NCBI GenBank assembly: GCA_033345275.1
Contig: JAWPOF010000001.1
Span: forward strand, 16,839-80,838
Length of the DNA: 64,000 nt
Source: Alphaproteobacteria bacterium
Lineage (GTDB): Bacteria > Pseudomonadota > Alphaproteobacteria > Rs-D84
Direction: 5' to 3'
Each line of letters starts with the position of its first letter. Within the stretch, counting starts at the first letter, position 1. This document shows, piece by piece, positions 8,593-18,242 of the stretch. The position numbers were made by a program, and so were the translations under genes. The notes under the pieces are model-generated. The model was not told where the DNA came from. It searched no databases and was given only the letters and a program-made list of their open reading frames with translations.

Positions 8593-9153
8593 TTACCTGG
8601 TGCGTATATATTTCAGAAAACATGCTTTGATGGGTGTTTTTTCTGGGGGTAAAACATTTTTGGGGTATATAATTTGTCTTGGTTGCCATTTGTCGGGGGT
8701 TAAAAGCGTGTCTGGTGCTTGGGGAAAATAGGTGTATTTGTTTGATTCTTGCTGGACCATGCGTGTCAATTCAGGGGCCTGGATTTTTGTTAGGTAAAAC
8801 TCGTCTATTAAATCCATATCAAATGCATAGTTATATATGCTGGCGCCACCGCAGATAAATACTTTGTCAAAACCGCACGATTGACGAATGGCGGATTCTA
8901 TACTGGAAGCATAAAAGCACCCGTCAGGCGAAAATGTGTCGTTATACTTGGAACTGCATACAATGTTCAGTCGGCCCGGCAAAGGACGTTGGGGCAAACC
9001 TTGGAAGGTCTTGTTGCCAAAAATACATGGGTATCCCATGGTAGTTTTGCGAAAATGGTAAAGATCCCTGGCACAATGCCAAGGCATTTGGTCGTCTATG
9101 CCGATGATGTTTTGTGGTCCGATTGCAACTATGGCACATACTGTTGTTTTCAT
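8593..9153 (-). CDS. folA: Dihydrofolate reductase
   Basis: MKTTVCAIVAIGPQNIIG...MPWH...DL.HF...T.G..CIFGNKTF is the DHFR signature. Confidence 0.85.
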   Translation of the reverse strand: MKTTVCAIVAIGPQNIIGIDDQMPWHCARDLYHFRKTTMGYPCIFGNKTFQGLPQRPLPGRLNIVCSSKYNDTFSPDGCFYASSIESAIRQSCGFDKVFICGGASIYNYAFDMDLIDEFYLTKIQAPELTRMVQQESNKYTYFPQAPDTLLTPDKWQPRQIIYPKNVLPPEKTPIKACFLKYIRTR

Positions 9154-9308
9154 GTCTTCTGTCGAATATATGTTTATGGCTTTACAGCCTAGCACAGAGT
9201 GTAATAAAACACAACCGCAAAGCGCAAAAAAACTTTACCTGTTGCGGCACCTGTTTTTCAATGCTATATTAGAATGTGTCCAATCAAGAATAACAAAAGG
9301 AAACATAA

Positions 9309-10115
9309 ATGTTATTAAAAGGTAAAAAGATTTTAGTCACGGGCGTCGCCAACGACTGGTCTATGGCATGGGCAATCGCTAAGCGGGCGCATGAAATGGG
9401 TGCAGAAATTGCAATGCCTTATGCTATGCCAGCCTTGGAAAAACGTGTGCGACCTTTGGCAGAATCAATCGGAGCAAAGTTTGTCCAGGAATGTAATGTG
9501 CAAAATGATGAACAGATGGACGACCTGTTCGCCAAGATTGAACGCGAATGGGGACAGCTGGATGGAATGTTGCACGCAATTGCATTTTCAGATAAAAATG
9601 AACTGACAGGTCGGTATGCGGATACAACACGCGACAATTTTAAGAATACTATGGATGTATCTGTGTATTCACTGGTGGATTTGACGCGTCGCGCTTCAAA
9701 ACTGATGAAGGATGGCGGCAGTATCGTAACCCTGACATACTATGGCGGGGAAAAGTCTGTACCAAATTATAATGTTATGGGGGTCGCCAAATCTGCCCTG
9801 GACAGCAGTGTGCGCTATTTGGCATCAGATTTGGGCGCGGATGGAATTCGCATCAATGCAATCAGCGCGGGGCCAATTATGACCTTGGCATCCAGCGGGG
9901 TTGGTGGGTTCAAGGCAATGTTGCGCCTGAACGCAGAAACAACTCCTTTGCGTCGCAATATGACATTGGATGATGTGTCCGGTGCTGCGATATATCTGTT
10001 CAGTGATTTGTCATCTGGCGTTACGGGCGAAGTACATCATGTTGATTGTGGATATTCTACAACTGGTATGATGCCAAATGAAATAAAAGACGTATTGCTG
10101 AAAAACCTGGATTAA
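9309..10115 (+). CDS. fabI: Enoyl-ACP reductase (NADH)
   Basis: GKKILVTGVAN.WSMAWAIAK at the N-terminus and a conserved SDR core. Confidence 0.9.
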   Translation: MLLKGKKILVTGVANDWSMAWAIAKRAHEMGAEIAMPYAMPALEKRVRPLAESIGAKFVQECNVQNDEQMDDLFAKIEREWGQLDGMLHAIAFSDKNELTGRYADTTRDNFKNTMDVSVYSLVDLTRRASKLMKDGGSIVTLTYYGGEKSVPNYNVMGVAKSALDSSVRYLASDLGADGIRINAISAGPIMTLASSGVGGFKAMLRLNAETTPLRRNMTLDDVSGAAIYLFSDLSSGVTGEVHHVDCGYSTTGMMPNEIKDVLLKNLD

Positions 10116-10127
10116 CAACTAAACAAT

Positions 10128-10150
10128 AAAACCGCCATTATGGCGGTTTT
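10128..10150. terminator. Bidirectional rho-independent terminator between fabI and secG
   Basis: aaaaccgccattatggcggtttt. Confidence 0.7.
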
Positions 10151-10151
10151 A

Positions 10152-10508
10152 TTATTCTTGAACCGACGTTTGTTCTGTGACCGGCACACCATCTGGTGCA
10201 GGTACCGTTTCTGGTGTCGATGTATTTTGTTGTTGCACAATTTCGTTGCGCAGGTCACTTTGCACAGAGGACATATCTGATTTTGCAGCAACCAATGCCA
10301 ATGCCGCACACAAAATAAAAAACACAGTTGCCAATAATGCCGTTGCTCGGGTCAAAAAATTGCCCGCCGCCGCCCCTGTTAATGCGCCACCAAACATAGA
10401 TGCTGCTGACGAGCCAGACATCCCAGACCCCTCGGACTTTTGTAATAAAATCAGACCTATCATCATAACCGCGTCAATGATTAATAAAACCAATAAAATC
10501 GAAAACAT
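10152..10508 (-). CDS. secG: Preprotein translocase subunit SecG
   Basis: Two TM helices with the LLQ..EGSGMSG....FGG pattern. Confidence 0.8.
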   Translation of the reverse strand: MFSILLVLLIIDAVMMIGLILLQKSEGSGMSGSSAASMFGGALTGAAAGNFLTRATALLATVFFILCAALALVAAKSDMSSVQSDLRNEIVQQQNTSTPETVPAPDGVPVTEQTSVQE

Positions 10509-10541
10509 TTTTTACCCTTATCTTTGTTTGTTGCATTGATT

Positions 10542-11189
10542 TTAATTCCCCTGCCCTGACTTTGCAAGCATTTTCAGCAATTCTGTAGCGGCGGCAGCGC
10601 TGGCCGCTTTTTTAGATTCACCAGAAGCGACCGCAGACTGGCCCATGGCGGTCACACGAACACTGAAAACAGGGCTGTGAGATTTGCCAATACCAGAATT
10701 GAATTCGTAAACAGGCAATTGCCCATTAGTTTGCTGTTGCACCCATTCTTGCAGGGCTGTTTTGGCATCTTTTGGGGCAACAACATCCCGAGAGGCTAAA
10801 TCTTGCCACAGTTTTATAATTACAGAACGCGCTGCCTTGAACCCGCCATCCAAATAAATTGCGCCGAATATAGCTTCGATAGTATTGGCCAACATATGCT
10901 TAGTCCGACCAGCAGTCATGTGACCATGTCGGACGTGTTTGTCAATCCCTAGTTCGGTCGCCAAATTACCCAATGTGTCGGTTGATACCAACATTGCGTG
11001 ACGGCGCGCCAGCTCGCCCTCGGTCTCGGTCGGATACATGTCCATCAACAAATCTGCCACAGATAACCCCAGCACACGGTCGCCTATGAATTCCAACCGT
11101 TCGTTATTGTGCGTGGCATTTACGCCACTTTGCGTTAATGCCAATTCTAATAATGATTTATTCTTAAATTCGTATCCAATATCTTTCAT
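10542..11189 (-). CDS. rnc: Ribonuclease III
   Basis: ERLEFIGDRVLGL signature and a C-terminal dsRBD. Confidence 0.9.
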   Translation of the reverse strand: MKDIGYEFKNKSLLELALTQSGVNATHNNERLEFIGDRVLGLSVADLLMDMYPTETEGELARRHAMLVSTDTLGNLATELGIDKHVRHGHMTAGRTKHMLANTIEAIFGAIYLDGGFKAARSVIIKLWQDLASRDVVAPKDAKTALQEWVQQQTNGQLPVYEFNSGIGKSHSPVFSVRVTAMGQSAVASGESKKAASAAAATELLKMLAKSGQGN

Positions 11190-11190
11190 A

Positions 11191-12069
11191 TTAATTTATT
11201 CCCATACCAAATCTGTCCCAACGTATTTTATTGCCCCAATTCCAAATCGCCAACAATGGTGCATAATAATTATGCGAATACCATACAAACCAAACATCAC
11301 CCAAAACATTATCTCGCGGGACAAAGCCGACATCACCACGGCTGTCGCCACTGTTGTCACGGTTGTCACCCATAAAGAAATAATGATTTTCAGGAACCGT
11401 GAACAGTTCTGTGTTATCAAAATGCGCGTTGTCTGACAGTTCAATTATGCTGTGCGATACGCCATTCGGCAACGTTTCTGTGTATTCTGTCGCGCTGAAC
11501 ACACCGCACACACCGTTGTACATATGGCAGAAATCGTCCGGTTTGTATTCAATCGTATAATTAAATTTCGCCGGTTCATTATCAACCCAGATTTTATTAC
11601 CCTTAATTGACATGTTATCGCGATAATAACCGACCGAACGCATTGATTTCGGCAACACGGCAACAATGTATGGACGTGGATTTTCGCGCGGTACCATCGT
11701 GCCATTAATATGCAACCGACCGTCTATCATCTGAATCTTGTCGCCTGGTTTGCCAATTAAACGTTTAACATAATCCTGGTGTTCGTTGATTGGATTGCGG
11801 AATACAATAACGTCGCCTATTTCTGGTTCCGTCGCCCAGAAACGACCGTTCCACATTTTCCAAGATCCAAATGGGAACGAATAACGCGAATAGCCATATG
11901 CCCACTTTTGCACAAATATGTGGTCGCCAACATGTAATGTAGGTATCATCGAACCTGATGGAATATTAAATGGTTCCAGTAAAAAACTGCGAAAAACAAT
12001 GGCAATCAGCGCCCCATAAAATATTGTATTAAACCATTCACGGGTGGCATTTTTATTCTTGGCGGGCAT
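11191..12069 (-). CDS. lepB: Signal peptidase I
   Basis: Catalytic Ser region GSMIPTL, then GDHIFVQK and GDNRDNSGDSR. Confidence 0.9.
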   Translation of the reverse strand: MPAKNKNATREWFNTIFYGALIAIVFRSFLLEPFNIPSGSMIPTLHVGDHIFVQKWAYGYSRYSFPFGSWKMWNGRFWATEPEIGDVIVFRNPINEHQDYVKRLIGKPGDKIQMIDGRLHINGTMVPRENPRPYIVAVLPKSMRSVGYYRDNMSIKGNKIWVDNEPAKFNYTIEYKPDDFCHMYNGVCGVFSATEYTETLPNGVSHSIIELSDNAHFDNTELFTVPENHYFFMGDNRDNSGDSRGDVGFVPRDNVLGDVWFVWYSHNYYAPLLAIWNWGNKIRWDRFGMGIN

Positions 12070-12141
12070 ATAAAATCCTTTTGTTATTATGTGCTATAAT
12101 AAAACTTGCGCAAATGTAATTCAAGTTATAATATAAAAAGC

Positions 12142-13662
12142 ATGATATCCTTGAATTCGATTATATTTAATGGGATGGAAGCGACACAAATTGATGTTCA
12201 GGTGCAATTGTCGTCGGGACTGACCAAACCAGAATTTAATATTATAGGACTGGCAGACCGCGCGGTCAAAGAATCCGCAGAACGCATTCGTAATGTTTTG
12301 GCGTCGCTGAATTTATCACTACCGCCAAAGCGGTTGACGGTGAATTTATCGCCAGCAGACGTAGAAAAAAGTGGGTCGCACTTTGATTTGCCCATTTTAT
12401 GCGGAATTTTATGTGCGATTGGGGTGTTGCCCGAAAACGAATTGGAAAAATATGTAATTCTGGGTGAAGTGGGATTGAATGGCGCGATTGTTAAAACAGA
12501 CGCGGTGTTACCTGCGTCCGTTTGGGCAAATTCACGGGGGCTGGGGATTATTTGCCCTGGTGACCAGGGAACACAGGCACGGTGGGCGGGACATGAAAAT
12601 ATATTGGCTCCGTTTCATGTGGTGCAATTAATCAACCATTTCAAGGGAACTCAAATTTTACCGATACCAGAACTGACAGCACCAGAAGGCGCAAAAAATT
12701 CTGCACTGGATATGGCGGATGTACATGGCCAGGCGGCAGCAAAACGCGCGCTGGAAATTGCGGCGGCCGGTGGACATGCAATGCTGATGGTGGGACCACC
12801 CGGGTCAGGCAAGACTATGCTGGCATCACGATTGCCGACTATTATGCCAGAAATGACCGCACATGAAATACTGGAAACATCAACAATATATTCAATTGCA
12901 GGGGAATTGGGAACACGCGGATTGATGGCGACAAGGCCTTTTCGCAGTGTACATCATACATCCAGCCCTGTTGCGTTGGCAGGTGGCGGTTCGGATGCAC
13001 GACCAGGCGAAATTTCATTGGCCCATAATGGGGTGTTGTTTTTGGACGAGCTGCCAGAATTTAATCGGGCAACATTGGAAATTCTGCGCCAACCGATGGA
13101 ATCGGGACGCATTTTAATATCACGCGCGCGTCGTAATGCGACATATCCTGCACGCTTTCAATTAATTGCCGCCATGAACCCATGTCCGTGCGGACATTTG
13201 GGGAATGCAGCGTTGTCTTGTTCGCGTGCACCACGATGTGCCGAGGCTTATCAGAACAAGATTTCGGGGCCGTTGTTGGACCGTATTGATTTACATGTTG
13301 ATGTGGACGCGGTAAAACCTTGGGAAATGACAACAGATGCAACACCACGCGAATCCAGCGCAACAATCCGCGCACGCGTTGTTGCGGCACGTGACCGACA
13401 AATATCACGTCAGGGGTGTGTAAATGCGCATTTGGATGGACCCGCGCTGGAACAATTTGCCCCACTAAGTTCAGATTTAACAACATTTTTGAATACAGCT
13501 GCCGAAAAAATGGGAATGTCTGCGCGTGGCTATAACCGTATAAAACGATTGGCGCGCACGATTGCAGATTTGCGCGGAGCGGACAATATTGAAATGGCAG
13601 ATTTGGCCGAGGCTTTGTCTTATCGCCCGATAAACCGTGGTAAATACGGCGTAAAATTATAA
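12142..13662 (+). CDS. comM: YifB/ComM family Mg-chelatase-like AAA+ ATPase
   Basis: Lon-like N-terminal domain, Walker A GPPGSGKT, and an MCM/ChlI-like C-terminus. Confidence 0.85.
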   Translation: MISLNSIIFNGMEATQIDVQVQLSSGLTKPEFNIIGLADRAVKESAERIRNVLASLNLSLPPKRLTVNLSPADVEKSGSHFDLPILCGILCAIGVLPENELEKYVILGEVGLNGAIVKTDAVLPASVWANSRGLGIICPGDQGTQARWAGHENILAPFHVVQLINHFKGTQILPIPELTAPEGAKNSALDMADVHGQAAAKRALEIAAAGGHAMLMVGPPGSGKTMLASRLPTIMPEMTAHEILETSTIYSIAGELGTRGLMATRPFRSVHHTSSPVALAGGGSDARPGEISLAHNGVLFLDELPEFNRATLEILRQPMESGRILISRARRNATYPARFQLIAAMNPCPCGHLGNAALSCSRAPRCAEAYQNKISGPLLDRIDLHVDVDAVKPWEMTTDATPRESSATIRARVVAARDRQISRQGCVNAHLDGPALEQFAPLSSDLTTFLNTAAEKMGMSARGYNRIKRLARTIADLRGADNIEMADLAEALSYRPINRGKYGVKL

Positions 13663-13933
13663 ATTATCGCAATCTTGTTATACGTGCCAGCTTTGCTTAA
13701 CGGCTTGGAATTAAAGAACAGATAGGTTCGTGGCATTCGTATTTGTGTGGCATAGCGTGACAATATGCCCATGCCGGGCAAGCGCAGGTTCATGCGCAAG
13801 TTGACCTGTCATGAAATATCCATTAATCCAAATTATACTTTATTCGTCATGTTATACACGTATTGCTGTGTGTTATTGATTTTTAGTTGCGCCATCATTA
13901 CACAACACAAATAATATGCTGTTTACCACACGA

Positions 13934-14659
13934 TTAAAAATCTAAATCTATATCTGGGATTTTGCCATGCTGGGCATTTGGAATTACCGTTATGTCATGT
14001 CCATCAGCCCATTTATACGACAGACTGTTCGGCACTACTTTATCGTTCTGGACAATATAGTGCGTCTGGGGGACATGGGGCAGCGTCGTCATATCAAGAG
14101 ATTTTGATAGCGGTCTGTCCCCAAAATATGATGTCCAATCCGCATGATTAAGCACGCCGGCAATCGTTATCCAGTGTCTGATATCCATATCTGGACTTTG
14201 GCTTATAATCAGTCCAGATATCATTGCGCCCCCCGAATAGCCAACCAGAATAATCGGACGATTTTGTGCCAATATTTTTACCACACCACGCATAGAATCT
14301 ATGATTTCCTGGGAAAAACGGCCGTTTGTCCAGTCCGTTTGAACGCACGCAGGCGACATAATGTACTGGCATGGGCGTGCCAAATAAACAACGTTTGGCG
14401 ATGTGTCGCGCAAGGCTAGATTTCGCATCAACATTCCACGCGGGGTTGGATCCGATGTCGGCATACCATATGCATCAAATGAATTTCCGTCCCCCTCGAT
14501 ATAAATATGTACAGGTGATGTTGTGTCCGATAAACGCTGGTACGTGGCAAGTATATAATCGCCAGAAACAATTGGTGCATATATGAAATCTGGTGGCGCC
14601 TGCCATGCAGATACGCAGCCAGATAATAATAATGATAAAAAACAAACCATTCTTATCAT
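13934..14659 (-). CDS. Lipoprotein alpha/beta hydrolase (GxSxG serine hydrolase)
   Basis: Lipobox LLSGC, and LVGYSGGAM. The start was moved to MIRMV at 14659. Confidence 0.6.
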   Translation of the reverse strand: MIRMVCFLSLLLSGCVSAWQAPPDFIYAPIVSGDYILATYQRLSDTTSPVHIYIEGDGNSFDAYGMPTSDPTPRGMLMRNLALRDTSPNVVYLARPCQYIMSPACVQTDWTNGRFSQEIIDSMRGVVKILAQNRPIILVGYSGGAMISGLIISQSPDMDIRHWITIAGVLNHADWTSYFGDRPLSKSLDMTTLPHVPQTHYIVQNDKVVPNSLSYKWADGHDITVIPNAQHGKIPDIDLDF

Positions 14660-14787
14660 ATGACGATGATAACCGATATACAACAAAAGGTCAAAACTAA
14701 AAAATTTGACAAAAAAGCTTGACAAATGATTTGACAAATATTATTTTTAGGACAAATATCAACGAAACAACCGCCAAGGGGGCATAT

Positions 14788-15546
14788 ATGTTTGATAAAT
14801 CAAAGATGAAAGTGGCAGCACGACGCGTTAACAAAAGCAAAAACAATGCTAAAAAGGTGGCTGCGCACAAAAATACAAAACGCAAAGGATTTTGGGGGCG
14901 TGTGTGGAACATCATTTGCTGGCCTTTTCGTATGATTGTTAGGCTGTTGGGCCTGTTTTGGAATTGGCTGAGCAGACTGAATTTGGTCGCTATGGCAAAT
15001 CTTGCTTTGTTAAGTGCGATTATTGTGTTGTTTTCTGTATTAATTATGGATGTAGTCGGTTGCCATCGTCAGGCCGTTGTTATTGCCGACAGACTGTCGG
15101 AAATGGAAGAAGTAGTTGTTGCACCTGCACCTGGTTCACACAATATCAAACAGCGTCAGGCGGTGGCATCAAAAAAAGACATTCTGAAAAACAAAAAGCC
15201 TGTGATTAATGTAGTACCTGTAAATCGCGCCGAAGTTGAAATTGCGATTAAGCAGACCGCAAAACGTGATAATAATTTCTGGGGTGATGTTATTATCGAC
15301 AGCCACAGCGCAGGCGCAATGCTGCAAGACGGGGCGCAAATTAGTGGCAGTTTGTATTTGCAAAATATGCGTAAATACACTTTGCCATGTGATATTCATA
15401 TTGATGGGAATTTGTTCCTGCGAGATGTAAATATGTTACGTTTCTGTGGTGATTTTGTTATCACAGGCAACATTTATGTCAGTCCACGATCATCATTTGG
15501 TCCGATTCCAAAGACAGCAAGACTGGGCGGACAAGTAATTTTGTAA
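14788..15546 (+). CDS. Hypothetical membrane protein with a Lys-rich N-terminus
   Basis: ccaagggggcatatATG RBS, one TM helix, and a terminator at 15573-15600. Confidence 0.5.
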   Translation: MFDKSKMKVAARRVNKSKNNAKKVAAHKNTKRKGFWGRVWNIICWPFRMIVRLLGLFWNWLSRLNLVAMANLALLSAIIVLFSVLIMDVVGCHRQAVVIADRLSEMEEVVVAPAPGSHNIKQRQAVASKKDILKNKKPVINVVPVNRAEVEIAIKQTAKRDNNFWGDVIIDSHSAGAMLQDGAQISGSLYLQNMRKYTLPCDIHIDGNLFLRDVNMLRFCGDFVITGNIYVSPRSSFGPIPKTARLGGQVIL

Positions 15547-15664
15547 ATAAAATTTTTTCATATCCCCTTGTTTGATACCACCAGATGATGGTGGTATTTT
15601 TTGTGGAAAAATATAAAAAACATTTGTATAGTATAAGCGTCCAAATGAATCATAGGGGGAAGAA

Positions 15665-15904
15665 ATGTTTGATAAACTGTTAAGTGTTTTGTCTAAAAAT
15701 ATGGGATATACTGCTGTTTTGGTGGTATCTATCTTATTATTTGCGGTGTTTTCTGATGGGCTGATCGCAGGCTTAATCACGGCGATTTCCGCACTGTTGG
15801 CGTACACTTGCTTTGTTGCGCTGTACAAAGAATATAAGGCGATGCCTGCAAAAAAAAGCGCCACAACCAAAACAACCAAGAAAACAACAACCAGAAAAAA
15901 ATAA
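15665..15904 (+). CDS. Small membrane protein with a C-terminal KKTT-rich tail
   Basis: agggggaagaaATG RBS, two TM helices, a TTKTTKKTTTRKK tail, and a terminator at 15907-15930. Confidence 0.55.
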   Translation: MFDKLLSVLSKNMGYTAVLVVSILLFAVFSDGLIAGLITAISALLAYTCFVALYKEYKAMPAKKSATTKTTKKTTTRKK

Positions 15905-16003
15905 TACAGACCCGCCACGTGCGGGTTTTTCTGTAAAATTTTTCTTTACAAGTTTTTTTTATTTGAATACAATCAAATCGTCGAACAAATAAAGGAAGGA
16001 CAA

Positions 16004-16492
16004 ATGGCAGAAAAAACAACAAAAAAAACAACTGTAAAAAAATCAGTCGTTGCGAAAACGGTCGCAAAACCAACAGCAAAAAAGACACGTACTAAAAAGA
16101 TTGTTGCGCCTGTGGTGGAAAAAACTGCATGCGGTTGCGACAAGGGTTGCACGTGTGGCAATGACTGCGTATGCACAAAAAAGAAATGCACATTTGGTCG
16201 TTTCCTGAAAAAATTAATATTTGTTTTGATTATTTTCGCGCTGGGGTTTGCGGCAGCAAAGATGTGTTGCTGTGACAAACACGGAAAAATGGGACCGCGT
16301 CCACAATTTGAAAATGGGTGCTTGGTAGTAAAATGCCCAAAGATGGAGAAAATGGTTCCTGTGATGGATGCCAATAAAGATGGTTGTGTTTCACGCGAAG
16401 AATTCAGGGCTATGCGCAAGCATAAAAAGCACGAACATCGCCCAGAAATGCCTGCGCCAGAACCCGCGCCAGCACCTGAAATGGCAGAATAA
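16004..16492 (+). CDS. KKTT-rich protein with a Cys cluster, a TM helix and a candidate EF-hand loop
   Basis: CGCDKGCTCGNDCVCTKKKC cluster. DANKDGCVSREE fits the D-x-N-x-D-G-x-V-x-x-x-E pattern. Terminator at 16497-16525. Confidence 0.6.
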   Translation: MAEKTTKKTTVKKSVVAKTVAKPTAKKTRTKKIVAPVVEKTACGCDKGCTCGNDCVCTKKKCTFGRFLKKLIFVLIIFALGFAAAKMCCCDKHGKMGPRPQFENGCLVVKCPKMEKMVPVMDANKDGCVSREEFRAMRKHKKHEHRPEMPAPEPAPAPEMAE

Positions 16493-16595
16493 GTCAAATC
16501 ACCCCCAATTCGGGGGTTTTTTGTGGTTTCGACAATGAATGCCAGCCTGTGCTGGTATGCCAAAGGGCGGAATTTCTTATATAAAATCAGGAATT

Positions 16596-16680
16596 TGGTG
16601 GGGGTAAGGAGAATCGAACTCCTATGGATTGCCCCACTGGAACCTAAATCCAGCGCGTCTACCAGTTCCGCCATACCCCC
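16596..16680 (-). tRNA. tRNA-Leu(TAG), class II with a long variable arm
   Basis: Revcomp: GGGGGTA...ctggaTTTAGGTtccag...GGTTCGATTCC...TACCCCCACCA. Confidence 0.85.
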
Positions 16681-16777
16681 ATTTTTGATATGTTTTTCTA
16701 TTTTATGATAAAATTTACTTGATTTCCAGTAAAATATAACATACAATCCGACCCAGAATAAATAAAAGGCGAATAAA

Positions 16778-16957
16778 ATGGCATCTAAAAAAGGCAACAA
16801 GGAAGTTGTACAGTTAAGAAACAATGAAACTGGCGTCTTCTATATTACAACTAAAAATACTAAATCTGAAAATACTCAGGGCAAAATGAAGTTCCGTAAA
16901 TACGACAAAAAATTGCGCAAGCATGTCGTTATGACCGAAGCTAAGGTTTCCCACTAA
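16778..16957 (+). CDS. rpmG: 50S ribosomal protein L33 (59 aa; below the ORF-track cutoff)
   Basis: MASKKGNKEVVQLRNNETGVFYITTKNTKSENTQGKMKFRKYDKKLRKHVVMTEAKVSH. An RBS is present and a terminator follows at 16968-17003. Confidence 0.8.
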   Translation: MASKKGNKEVVQLRNNETGVFYITTKNTKSENTQGKMKFRKYDKKLRKHVVMTEAKVSH

Positions 16958-17318
16958 GGAATTTTATACGAATCCCCCCGCAAATGCGGGGGGGATTTTT
17001 TTGCATGTCCGCAGCTTGACAATACGGACTTTTATTCTTATGATTGACTTGGTTTTTCCACTGCGTGAAATTTCAGGTGGCGGGTTTAAAAATTCCCCCA
17101 TCTGGTAATCTGGTGTAGCGCGCATCGTTAAAAATGTGGCACATCTGCACCTGAATTATTACGGATTTTGCGTATCTGGGGCAACTGGATCTGATTCCCA
17201 TGCGGGGTGGACGCGTGCGCCATATATTGGAAACGCGCGAAGTTAGAAAAAAGTTTAACTTGTTTTCTGATTGTTTGAACGTCCATCCCCTGTTTTTTAT
17301 AAAAGTCAAGGAGTACCT

Positions 17319-18224
17319 ATGCCAAAAGTTTCTGTTTTAATGACTGCATATAATTCTGAGAGATATATTGCAGAGGCAATTGAAAGTATCCTAAATCAGA
17401 CTTTTTCCGATTTTGAATTTTTAATCATTAATGATGGCAGCACAGATAAAACCGCAGATATCATCGCCCAATATGCCAAGGCCGACAAACGCATAAGATT
17501 TATTGACAACAAGAAAAATCGGGGTTTAATTGCCGTTCTGAACCAAGGACTGGATTTGGTACAGGGCAAATACATCGCCCGCATGGATAGTGATGATATA
17601 GCCATGCCCGAGAGATTGGAAAAACAAGTTGCATATCTGGATGAAAACCCACATGTTGGTGCGGTTGGTGGGTGGCATGAAAAGTTCGGTGATAATATTA
17701 ATCCATCTGTTCGCCAATATCCTGAACGCGCAAAAATTTTAGATATGTTGATTGTTGGAACACCCTTATCGCACCCCACGACAACCATCCGAACCTCAGT
17801 ATTGCGAGATAACAAAATATACTACAATCCAGATTTTCCACATGCCGAGGACTATGAAATTTGGTCGCAGATTATCAAGGTTGCACCTATACACAATGTC
17901 CCGGAAAAATTATTAAGATATCGTTGGCATAATACTAACGTGTCCGTCGTATCACAGAAAATACAACGCGAAAGTGCGGAACGAGTAAAGGCAAATATTA
18001 TAGAATATATTACAGATGACAATAGGATAAAAGAGCACCTGATGCTGTTAGCGGGCGAAACCAACAAACACGTGCATTTATTCGGCTTCTTGCCAATTAT
18101 TCGAAAAAAACAATACGGTATCACAAAAACAAAATATTACCTGTTTGAAAAAATACCATTGTTAAAGGTGCAGGACGGAAAAATATATCTGTTTGAATTT
18201 ATAAAAATAGGTCGAATTGCCTGA
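17319..18224 (+). CDS. Family 2 glycosyltransferase
   Basis: VLMTAYNSERYI...INDGSTD...RMDSDD (DxD) motifs. Confidence 0.8.
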   Translation: MPKVSVLMTAYNSERYIAEAIESILNQTFSDFEFLIINDGSTDKTADIIAQYAKADKRIRFIDNKKNRGLIAVLNQGLDLVQGKYIARMDSDDIAMPERLEKQVAYLDENPHVGAVGGWHEKFGDNINPSVRQYPERAKILDMLIVGTPLSHPTTTIRTSVLRDNKIYYNPDFPHAEDYEIWSQIIKVAPIHNVPEKLLRYRWHNTNVSVVSQKIQRESAERVKANIIEYITDDNRIKEHLMLLAGETNKHVHLFGFLPIIRKKQYGITKTKYYLFEKIPLLKVQDGKIYLFEFIKIGRIA

Positions 18225-18242
18225 GTCTGGAGAGCGTTTATC

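Noticed and set aside
13680-13930. Possible small RNA in the convergent comM/hydrolase gap
   Set aside because: I could not identify a promoter plus terminator pair or any conserved RNA motif.
15973-16824. 283-aa minus-strand ORF
   Set aside because: It overlaps tRNA-Leu and two well-supported plus-strand genes with RBS and terminators, and its composition is low-complexity.
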